Made by a program: the position numbers and the translations under genes
Shown: positions 1 to 7,800 of the stretch, piece after piece
How positions within the stretch are numbered: position 1 is the first letter of the stretch
How the letters are laid out: every line of letters begins with the position of its first letter
Source of the DNA: Candidatus Magasanikbacteria bacterium CG10_big_fil_rev_8_21_14_0_10_36_32
GTDB lineage: Bacteria; Patescibacteriota; Patescibacteriia; Magasanikbacterales; GWA2-37-8
DNA: 64,000 nt
NCBI GenBank assembly: GCA_002778465.1
Contig: PFBV01000003.1
Location: forward strand, 2,397 to 66,396
Reading direction: 5' to 3'
Notes under the pieces: model-generated
Told to the model about the DNA's origin: nothing
The model's input: only the letters and a program-made list of their open reading frames with translations
The model's database searches: none

Positions 1-2
1 AA

Positions 3-320
3 TTATTGACTAATAAATAACCGTCCGATAGTAGCCGTTAAAAATTGGCTGGTTAAATTAGTAATAGTCATAAAACCGATAAAAATAAATGCTATTCCAA
101 TCAATTTATACATTAATCTCGTTCCACCACTGGTGCCTAAATGCTCTTCCGCCCAAGCGTTAGTGCCAAAATTCTGATAAAACCATTCGGCTTTAAAAAC
201 CAATAACACTCCGGCTAAAACAAACAGTATTCCAATAAAATATCTCATAAAATTGTTTTGATTCAAAAATTCTTTTAATAGACCATACGATATTCTACCA
301 CACTCTACTCCTTCTACCAA
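3..320 (-). CDS. small hydrophobic membrane protein, hypothetical (may be truncated at the window edge)
   Basis: ORF with 2-3 predicted TM helices (FIGILFVLAGVLLVF, LIGIAFIFIGFMTI). No recognisable domain. Confidence 0.3.
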   Translation of the reverse strand: MVEGVECGRISYGLLKEFLNQNNFMRYFIGILFVLAGVLLVFKAEWFYQNFGTNAWAEEHLGTSGGTRLMYKLIGIAFIFIGFMTITNLTSQFLTATIGRLFISQ

Positions 321-334
321 AAATCAATATTGGC

Positions 335-1543
335 TTATTTTTTGTTTTCTAACATTCTTTTTGTGACAGTCAACCATTTTACCAACGGTTCAGTGGATAA
401 CAAATTAATAGCCATTTCTTTGGAATAACCGCCTTTTACCAATCTAGTATAAGCATTCAACCCGTTTTTAATAAGTTTATTAAAATTATCTCTACTATAC
501 ACGTCCTCTAAAATTTTAAGCGCCGTTGGCTGAAAATTTTCCGGCATTTTAGTGACATACTCCCGATCTGTTTCTCCAAATCTCGTTAAAAAATCATACA
601 AACCTTCTTTTTCACTCAAACATGTCAATTGTTCATAAATTGATTTTAATTTTCTGTTTCCTCCCCGTAAAAAAGCCAATATTTCATCTTTCGTGTAGGC
701 TTGAAAACGCCGACAACGATCTTGTAAAAAACCCCGCCACGTTTTTTGTCTTTCATCATCATTTTGAGCCTTTAAAAAAGGCATCATATCACTTGCTTTT
801 GTATCAACTAATAGGTTTTCAATTGCATGCTGTTCTTCATGTCGAAAAGTCGCTTGACGATCAAAATTAAATTCAATTCCTCTTGCTTGCTCAGCACAAA
901 TTATATTTTTTAATACCATTTGTTCTCCATTATAATTAATATTTATTTGTTGAATATTAACTCCTCTGGACTTAATTGCTGATTTTATGTCTTCATCAGT
1001 AATACCACGATTATCTTTGTAGGCACCACTACGAATAACCGTATAATCAACTTCATTATGCAAACGAAAATATAAAATTATTGGACTTTCTATCACTTCT
1101 AAATCACCTTTTGGTTCACGTCCAAATATCGCTTTAAATAATTCTTTGTCATCAGGATAACTTTTGCGTAATTCTCTGATTTGCTGATGTTTTTCCATGT
1201 ATTGTTCTAAAATAAACTGAATTATTCGCTGTTGATTTTCAGTAAAACCAAAATTGTATCCAATTTCTAATGCCTTATCATTTAATTCTTCAAATGTGGC
1301 ATCAGAATTTTGTCTAACTAACTCAATCAGTTTAACCTGCATTTCAGCAAAACCTTCTTTTTGATAAGCCAATTTTTCTTTATATTCTTCGAGTGCTTCT
1401 TTGCGTTCTTCATGTGGTAATTGGCGAATGTCAATCAATTCTTTCTCAGGATCAAAAATCTCGCCCGGAATCATTATTGGTTCAACTTCTTTGGCAAAAA
1501 TTTTATTTTTTATTTGGTCAATAAAACCCGACTTTTCTATCAT
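335..1543 (-). CDS. hypothetical cytoplasmic protein with HEEQH (HExxH) motif, paralog 1 of tandem pair
   Basis: 402 aa. Shares long blocks with the next ORF (FDPEKELIDIRQLPHEERKEALEEYKEKLAYQKEG, HEEQHA, C-terminal EPLVKWLTVTKRMLENKK). No TM or signal peptide. Confidence 0.5.
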   Translation of the reverse strand: MIEKSGFIDQIKNKIFAKEVEPIMIPGEIFDPEKELIDIRQLPHEERKEALEEYKEKLAYQKEGFAEMQVKLIELVRQNSDATFEELNDKALEIGYNFGFTENQQRIIQFILEQYMEKHQQIRELRKSYPDDKELFKAIFGREPKGDLEVIESPIILYFRLHNEVDYTVIRSGAYKDNRGITDEDIKSAIKSRGVNIQQININYNGEQMVLKNIICAEQARGIEFNFDRQATFRHEEQHAIENLLVDTKASDMMPFLKAQNDDERQKTWRGFLQDRCRRFQAYTKDEILAFLRGGNRKLKSIYEQLTCLSEKEGLYDFLTRFGETDREYVTKMPENFQPTALKILEDVYSRDNFNKLIKNGLNAYTRLVKGGYSKEMAINLLSTEPLVKWLTVTKRMLENKK

Positions 1544-1551
1544 AATTATAT

Positions 1552-3060
1552 TTATTTTTTACTTTCTAACATTCTTTTTACAACTAAGGGCCACTTTCTT
1601 AACGGCTCATGAGTTAATAAGGCAATAGTCTTGTCTGTAGAATAATCGCTTTTTTGTAAATCAACAAAAGATTTTACACCATTTTTGATCAAGTTATCAT
1701 ATTCATTTCTAAAAACATCATGAATGACTTTCTTAATCATTGGCAAATATTTTTCATCTATACTCTTTGATAATAAAAATTTTGAAAGAACTTCTTCCAT
1801 TTTATTAATCATAAAATAATCATAAGTTCCTCCCTGTTCTTGGGTACGCGTAAGTGTCCCTACAACCTGCTCTGCCGAATGGGTAGATCCTTTAAAATAA
1901 GCCATTATTTCATCTTTGGCCTTTTCTTCTATTTGCTGTCTATTGTGACGGCAAAAATGACGTAAAGCATTCTCTCTCTCCTCATCACTCTGACTGGCGC
2001 GAAACTCAGATAGGGCATTACTACTGTTTCTTTGCTCTTCAAAAAACTTTTTCATGGCATGCTGTTCTTCGTGATCATATATTTTCTTAGCAGTATCATT
2101 AAAATCTTCACTCTCGGCTTTTTCTGCAATGACAGATCCATCTAATTCTGGAATCATAACTTTATTTAAAGTTACTCCGGAAGTTTTCTCTGCCATCATT
2201 TGAATATATGTATCCGACGACTGTTGTCCGTGTGTTAAATCTGTAGCCGCCCGCAAAGTATGTTCATAATCATCCTTATCTAACAAACGCAAATGCAACG
2301 TTAATGGACCTTCAACTATCTGCACCTTCCCTTTCGGTTTTTGTCCAAACAATAATTCATATATTTCAGCATCATCAGAATATTCTGTTCGAATTTTTCT
2401 TACTGCTTTATGTTTTTCCATATAAGCTTTCAAAACTTCAGCGGTAATTTCAAGTTGTGATTCAGACATGCCATATGGAGACCCCAAATCTTCCGCTTTT
2501 TTAACCAATTCTTCAAAAGAGGCATCCGGATTAATTCGCACATACTCAATCAACTGTGTTTGCATTTTTGCCAATCCTTCTTTTTGCGCCGCCAGTTTTT
2601 CTTTAAAAATTTCCACTGCCTGTTTGCGTTCCTGGTGAGGTAATTTTTTAATTACCACCAATTCCGCTTCCGGATCAAAAACACCGTCAAAAACTACTTC
2701 TTTTTCCGGTTTTTCTTCAGTGGTTGATTGAAAAAGACCGTAGATTTTATCCTTAGCCATTTTTAAAACTTCACTCACTTTCTGTCCAAAACTTTTCGTT
2801 TCTTCTTCAACACCTGTTTCTTTTTTAGCCTCGGTTAATTCCGGTTCGCCCAAACCGGATTCTTTATCCAAACGCTTTATTTCTTTTTTGCTCTTTTCCA
2901 CCACCGATTCAGCTTCTATTTCCATTTTTTCCGCGGTTATCTCAACCAATTCATCCGGCGATAATTCTATTTCCTCCCCTTCCGGTTCAGAAACTTCCGC
3001 CGGTTTTTTATGTTCCGGCTGTTGGCCATTTTTTCGTTCAAAAGGATTTTGTTCAGTCAT
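1552..3060 (-). CDS. hypothetical cytoplasmic protein with HEEQH (HExxH) motif, paralog 2, with acidic N-terminal extension
   Basis: 502 aa. Paralogous to 335-1543 (FDPEAELVVIKKLPHQERKQAVEIFKEKLAAQKEG, HEEQHAMKKFF, C-terminal EPLRKWPLVVKRMLESKK). Glu/Lys-rich first ~100 aa. Confidence 0.5.
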   Translation of the reverse strand: MTEQNPFERKNGQQPEHKKPAEVSEPEGEEIELSPDELVEITAEKMEIEAESVVEKSKKEIKRLDKESGLGEPELTEAKKETGVEEETKSFGQKVSEVLKMAKDKIYGLFQSTTEEKPEKEVVFDGVFDPEAELVVIKKLPHQERKQAVEIFKEKLAAQKEGLAKMQTQLIEYVRINPDASFEELVKKAEDLGSPYGMSESQLEITAEVLKAYMEKHKAVRKIRTEYSDDAEIYELLFGQKPKGKVQIVEGPLTLHLRLLDKDDYEHTLRAATDLTHGQQSSDTYIQMMAEKTSGVTLNKVMIPELDGSVIAEKAESEDFNDTAKKIYDHEEQHAMKKFFEEQRNSSNALSEFRASQSDEERENALRHFCRHNRQQIEEKAKDEIMAYFKGSTHSAEQVVGTLTRTQEQGGTYDYFMINKMEEVLSKFLLSKSIDEKYLPMIKKVIHDVFRNEYDNLIKNGVKSFVDLQKSDYSTDKTIALLTHEPLRKWPLVVKRMLESKK

Positions 3061-3070
3061 ATGATTTAGG

Positions 3071-3250
3071 TTATTTTAATTTTTTTCTTAATTCTTTAAT
3101 TTTTAAATCCTCCAGCTTCTGCCGGTATTTTTTTAAAAGCTGCTGCTGACTTTTTTTTAATTCTGACAATTCATCCAAAAATAATTGGTGTTCTTTTTTA
3201 ACTTGTTTAATCAAATCAGCGTGATTATTTTTTAATTCTTTAACTGTCAT
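3071..3250 (-). CDS. possible small Lys/Glu/Leu-rich coiled-coil protein, 59 aa (too short for the ORF track)
   Basis: Manual translation of the minus strand: MTVKELKNNHADLIKQVKKEHQLFLDELSELKKSQQQLLKKYRQKLEDLKIKELRKKLK. A stop-free run in AT-rich DNA, immediately downstream of tRNA-Leu. Confidence 0.2.
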   Translation of the reverse strand: MTVKELKNNHADLIKQVKKEHQLFLDELSELKKSQQQLLKKYRQKLEDLKIKELRKKLK

Positions 3251-3264
3251 TTTGTGTAAATTAG

Positions 3265-3346
3265 TGCGCGGGAGAGGATTTGAACCTCCATGCCTTGCGG
3301 CGCTACCACCTCAAAGTAGTGCGTCTACCAGTTTCGCCACCCGCGC
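3265..3346 (-). tRNA. tRNA-Leu (anticodon GAG), class II with long variable arm, CCA not encoded
   Basis: Reverse complement gives GCGCGGGTGGCGAAACTGGTAGACGCACTACTTTGAGGTGGTAGCGCCGCAAGGCATGGAGGTTCAAATCCTCTCCCGCGCA. It has a 7-bp acceptor stem, D-arm, anticodon loop TTGAGGT and T-loop GGTTCAAATCC. Confidence 0.8.
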
Positions 3347-3354
3347 TTAAATTG

Positions 3355-4122
3355 TTAAAATTTTCTATTTTTACCAACAATCATGTCTATTTTATTCCGA
3401 GCTAACTTTATTTTTATTCTTACTTCCTTAGTTGTTTTTCCGTCAGCTTCAACTACAAAAGGGCTATCGCCAATTATCTCCATCTCCTCAAACGGAAAGA
3501 TACTCGGCTCTTCGTATTTATAACTCCACCAACCACTTTTTGTCAATGGTCTCAAAAAAGCCTCTAATTTTCCATCTTGCGGATGTACTACTCTGATTTC
3601 TTTGTCTTTTTTACTCTTTTTCCAATAAAACGGCTGAAAATTACAAACCACAACTTCTGTTTTAAAAGGAGTTGTCACTTGAAACTTATCATCATAAATT
3701 ACACGAACTTTGGCCGGCAAAACATGGAGTTGTGAAATAAAATAACGATTATTAAACCAGCCAGCATCTAATTTTTGTCTCCGGCGACGAGCTAAAATAT
3801 CACTGGAATCAACTCCGATTGGAATACCCAAAACTTCAGCCATACTATTTTCGTCTTGTCCAATCGGTAAAAAACCAAAAACGCAGTCGCATGTCGCGCC
3901 GCGTGAAAGTACGTGTCCAATCGTTCTGTCATTTCCAACTATCACTACTGTTTTTGCCCCCCGTTTAATCTCATCATCAATAATCGGTTTAACATCTATA
4001 TAATTATTCAGATGCAAAATTTTTCCGGCAATTCCATAATCAGTTAAACGAATTTCGATTGATTTTAAAATGGCGGCGTACTTTTTATGATTTAAAAAAT
4101 TGTCGTACAGATAAACGTACAT
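3355..4122 (-). CDS. diacylglycerol/lipid kinase catalytic-domain (DAGK_cat, YegS/BmrU-like) protein with degenerate GGDGT motif
   Basis: VVIVGNDRTIGHV sits in the position of the GGDGT loop. GFLPIGQDENSMAEVLGIP resembles the PlGTgNdfar-lgip motif. Length is ~255 aa. Confidence 0.45.
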   Translation of the reverse strand: MYVYLYDNFLNHKKYAAILKSIEIRLTDYGIAGKILHLNNYIDVKPIIDDEIKRGAKTVVIVGNDRTIGHVLSRGATCDCVFGFLPIGQDENSMAEVLGIPIGVDSSDILARRRRQKLDAGWFNNRYFISQLHVLPAKVRVIYDDKFQVTTPFKTEVVVCNFQPFYWKKSKKDKEIRVVHPQDGKLEAFLRPLTKSGWWSYKYEEPSIFPFEEMEIIGDSPFVVEADGKTTKEVRIKIKLARNKIDMIVGKNRKF

Positions 4123-4156
4123 AATTCGGGATTATTAATTTTTATCCCCTCCTGTT

Positions 4157-4645
4157 CTATAATGTTACAGTGGCCGCTTCATCACTTTTTTTAACTCGTC
4201 CACCCACTCGTCCAGCAGTTCGCCCATCATTTGTTTCTAAACCCGGCATAGAAACTTTTCCGAGTAATAAAGCTCCAGCCTCCATCGTAACTGTTTTAGC
4301 TTCAATATCTCCAACAATTCTGGCTGAGGGAGACAATTCCAAAAAATCTTTGATTTTCATATTACCTCTCACCTCACCGGAAATATGAGCGCTACCAGCC
4401 CGAACATTAGCAAAAATTTTAGCGCCAGTTTCCACCGTTACACTTTTACTTGTATGTAAACTTCCCGTCACTGTTCCTTTTACAATTATATTGCCTTCCG
4501 AAGAAAAATCACCCTCAACATTTACTGAGGGACCCACCACGGTATCAACATTATCGTTGACTTCACTGACAGGTTTTTTTTCGTCTGTTGTGTCAACAAC
4601 AGTTTCTTCCACAATATTTTTGGATGCCGATCTTTGAAAAATCAT
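4157..4645 (-). CDS. bactofilin (polymer-forming cytoskeletal protein, DUF583/CcmA family)
   Basis: Repetitive beta-helix pattern: GDFSSEGNIIVKGTVTGSLHTSKSVTVETGAKIFANVRAGSAHISGEVRGNMKI ... IVGDIEAKTVTMEAGALLLGKV. Confidence 0.7.
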   Translation of the reverse strand: MIFQRSASKNIVEETVVDTTDEKKPVSEVNDNVDTVVGPSVNVEGDFSSEGNIIVKGTVTGSLHTSKSVTVETGAKIFANVRAGSAHISGEVRGNMKIKDFLELSPSARIVGDIEAKTVTMEAGALLLGKVSMPGLETNDGRTAGRVGGRVKKSDEAATVTL

Positions 4646-4821
4646 AGTTTTTAAAAATATATATCTCCCTGCGGAAAAAACCGCAAAGCGATCAAATAAA
4701 TTACTTAAATTATACTTTATATATAATACACTATTTTATCATTTTTTTCCACAATTTTCCACAAATTCAAATATTCACCTTTAAAACAATCAATCAGAGA
4801 TATTAAATACCCTATTGTTCC

Positions 4822-6573
4822 TTACATTTCTTCAACGGTATCAATGGTCAATAAATCCAAACAATTTTCCAAAGTTTGTTTAACCACTGCTGACAACCCA
4901 ACTCTAGCCTGTTGTAAAGCTTCATTTTCAACTTTTAAAATACTGCATTGATTATAAAAATCATTATATTGTTGAGCTAAATCAAAAGCATATTTTGCCA
5001 TTACCGATGGGTTATAATTAGCGTAAGCTTTTTTTATTGCTTCACCAAATTGTCCAAGTAATATTACTGTCTGTTTTTCCGCCGGCTGGGTTAGCAAAGA
5101 ATAATCAATCTTACCTTTTCCTTTTCCGGCTTTTCTTAAAATACTGTTAATCCGGGCGGCGGCGTATAAAATATACGGACCGGTAAAACCGTCAAACGAA
5201 GTTGCGCTCTTGGCGTCAAAAATCATAATTTTTGCCGCTTCATGTTTTAAAAAATCAAATTTAATAGCGGCAAAAGATATTTTTTCAGCCGTGGCGATAA
5301 GTTTTTCTTTCGGCCAATCCGGATGGCGCAAAGCGGTCTCCTGAAAAACCTGTTCATAAACTTCATTCCGGATTTCATCATATAAAATAACATTGCCCAA
5401 GCGCGAAGACATTTTTCCTTCCGGACGGTTAACCAAACCATAGCCGATGTGTGTCATTTTATATTTATATCCGGCCAATTCCAAAATTTTAAACAATTGT
5501 TTGAAATAAAAATTTTGTTCGGTGCCGGTGATATGCACGCTTTCAGATACTTTGGTAAAAATTTTATTTTTAGCCACCGCCAATCCCAAATCGCTGGTCA
5601 GATAAAGTCCGGTGCCACTACTTTTCCGTAATAATCCGATATCCAGATTAAACTGTTTCAAATCAACAATAATCGCACCGCCCTCGCCTACTTGAGCGAT
5701 TTTCTTTTTTAATAATTGATCAACCATTTTTTGTCCGGCGGATTTTACATCTTTTTCAAAAAATACTTTTGCGTGTTCAACTTTTAATTCATCAAAAGCT
5801 TTCTTAAAACCGTCCAAACTCCATTTTCTTGTCGTTAAAAATAACGGCTGAATACTCTTATCCCCCGCTTCCAATTTTTTTTGTAATTCCTCCACTTCTT
5901 TTTTACTATCCAAGTGTTCGGCCAAATATTGGCTAGCTTCGGCATAAATGTCGCCCAGCCACTTTTGTTCTCCGCCTTTTGGCGAAGTTTCCTTGCTGTG
6001 GAACTTTTTCAATCCCCAAAGACACTTAGCCACATGAGCGCCAAAATCATTAACATAATTTATCGGCACGGCTTTGTATCCGTTGGCGGTAAAAACTTTT
6101 GTCAGGGCGTTGCCAATACAAATATTGCGCAAATGCCCGACATGCAATTCTTTATGGGTATTATTCGACGGATATTCCAATAAAACTTTCTGATTTTTTC
6201 CATTTTTGTTTATACCATATTTCTTTCCGTCTTTTTTTATTTTAGTTATTACCACTTTAGCAATATATCCCGGTTTAATAAAAAAATTAAGATAAGAACC
6301 GACAGCCTGACACTTATCAATTATTTCTTTAATATCAGCACTTACAGGATCTTTTTTAGCCAAAGGAGATTCCCCTTGTAAATCATCATTTATGCGACTC
6401 GCAATATTTTGTGCCACCAAAACACTACCTTGATTTAATAATTTAGCTTCTTCAAAACAAGCAAATGCTAAATCCCCAATATCCGCTTTTGGTGGTACTG
6501 AAAAATTAATATCTCCCTTTATATTAGTTTTTCTTAATAACTGCGTTAATTTTGCTTTTATTATTTCCATCAT
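4822..6573 (-). CDS. argS: arginine--tRNA ligase
   Basis: Class I HIGH-type motif HVGHLRNICIGNAL, KMSSRLGN (KMSKS-like) and ArgRS-like length (583 aa). Confidence 0.9.
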   Translation of the reverse strand: MMEIIKAKLTQLLRKTNIKGDINFSVPPKADIGDLAFACFEEAKLLNQGSVLVAQNIASRINDDLQGESPLAKKDPVSADIKEIIDKCQAVGSYLNFFIKPGYIAKVVITKIKKDGKKYGINKNGKNQKVLLEYPSNNTHKELHVGHLRNICIGNALTKVFTANGYKAVPINYVNDFGAHVAKCLWGLKKFHSKETSPKGGEQKWLGDIYAEASQYLAEHLDSKKEVEELQKKLEAGDKSIQPLFLTTRKWSLDGFKKAFDELKVEHAKVFFEKDVKSAGQKMVDQLLKKKIAQVGEGGAIIVDLKQFNLDIGLLRKSSGTGLYLTSDLGLAVAKNKIFTKVSESVHITGTEQNFYFKQLFKILELAGYKYKMTHIGYGLVNRPEGKMSSRLGNVILYDEIRNEVYEQVFQETALRHPDWPKEKLIATAEKISFAAIKFDFLKHEAAKIMIFDAKSATSFDGFTGPYILYAAARINSILRKAGKGKGKIDYSLLTQPAEKQTVILLGQFGEAIKKAYANYNPSVMAKYAFDLAQQYNDFYNQCSILKVENEALQQARVGLSAVVKQTLENCLDLLTIDTVEEM

Positions 6574-6612
6574 ATTCGTATAATTCGCATGAATTCGTAT
6601 ATTAGCATCACA

Positions 6613-7800
6613 CTATTTAACTTTCACAAAAAATCGGCTGCCTTTTTGGACCACATCGCCCGGTTTGGCGTGTTCATCAATTGATTCAACTTTTTTATCA
6701 TTAATTTTCACTCCTTTTTGTTCTATCGCCCGGCGAGCCTCCGATTTACTGGCGCAAACTTTGGATTCCACTAACACTGTAACAATATCATAAACCGACG
6801 GTTTTATGTCCGGCATTTCATCCGGTGTTTCTTTCTTGCTGAAAGTGCTGATAAAATAATCCTGCGCTTTTTGAGCTTCTTTTTCACTATAATAAATTCT
6901 AACCATTTCTTGAGCCAATTTCATTTTATAATCACGCGGATTTTTTCCTGATTGCATTTCTGCTTCATATTTTTTTATTTCTTCCATTGAAACTTCCGTT
7001 GCCAATTCAAAATATTTTATTATCAATTTGTCTGGAATGGACATAACTTTACCAAATATCTCCTCAGGTAAATCTTCCAGCGCTATATAATTACCATGAC
7101 TTTTTCCCATCTTTTTTTCACCATCTACCCCCTCTAAAATCGGAACCGTCAATATATCTTGCTCTGACTGATTATACTTTTTTTGTAATTTTCTGCCCAT
7201 GAGCAAATTAAATTTCTGGTCTGTTCCTCCTATTTCAACATCTGCCTCCAGTGCAACTGAATCATAACCCTGCAATAATGGATACATGATTTCCTGCATT
7301 TGTATATCCGAACCTTCTTTCATTCTTTTCTGAAAATCATCTCTTTCTAAAATTCTAGCCACAGTAATTTTAGAAGTTAAATCCATCAAAAGCTGGGTAA
7401 AACTCGGTTTACTGTACCATTCACTATTGCGGCGTATTTCAAGATTTTTTACATCAATAATCTTTGCCGCCTGATCTATATACGTCTTCATGTTCTTTTT
7501 AACGTCATCATGACTTAAAACAGGCCTTGTTTCATTACGTCCAGACGGGTCGCCAATCATTGCTGTATAATCACCAATCAAAAGAATTACTTGATGACCC
7601 AGGTCTTGAAATTGTTTTAACTTTCGCAAAGGTACGGCGTGACCAATGTGTAATTGTGACCCTGTTGGATCTATGCCAAATTTAACCCGTAAACGTTTAC
7701 CGGAAAAGAGTTTTTTTCTTAAACTTTCCAATTCAATTACTTCTTCCGCTCCCCGAGTTAATAATTCTTCAATTTTTTTTGCGTCAGTGTCTATTTTCAT
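6613..7800 (-). CDS. tyrS: tyrosine--tRNA ligase with C-terminal S4 domain
   Basis: GIDPTGSQLHIGHAVPL (HIGH), KMGKS and C-terminal S4-like ARRAIEQKGVKINDKKV. It overlaps the valS stop by 4 nt. Confidence 0.9.
   Translation of the reverse strand: MKIDTDAKKIEELLTRGAEEVIELESLRKKLFSGKRLRVKFGIDPTGSQLHIGHAVPLRKLKQFQDLGHQVILLIGDYTAMIGDPSGRNETRPVLSHDDVKKNMKTYIDQAAKIIDVKNLEIRRNSEWYSKPSFTQLLMDLTSKITVARILERDDFQKRMKEGSDIQMQEIMYPLLQGYDSVALEADVEIGGTDQKFNLLMGRKLQKKYNQSEQDILTVPILEGVDGEKKMGKSHGNYIALEDLPEEIFGKVMSIPDKLIIKYFELATEVSMEEIKKYEAEMQSGKNPRDYKMKLAQEMVRIYYSEKEAQKAQDYFISTFSKKETPDEMPDIKPSVYDIVTVLVESKVCASKSEARRAIEQKGVKINDKKVESIDEHAKPGDVVQKGSRFFVKVK

Noticed and set aside
4745-4770. Tandem TTTTCCACAA direct repeats upstream of the bactofilin gene as DnaA boxes
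   Set aside because: There are only two 8/9 matches, with no accompanying AT-rich unwinding element. More likely a promoter-proximal repeat or chance, so it is kept only as a footnote to the window-end origin-like signature.
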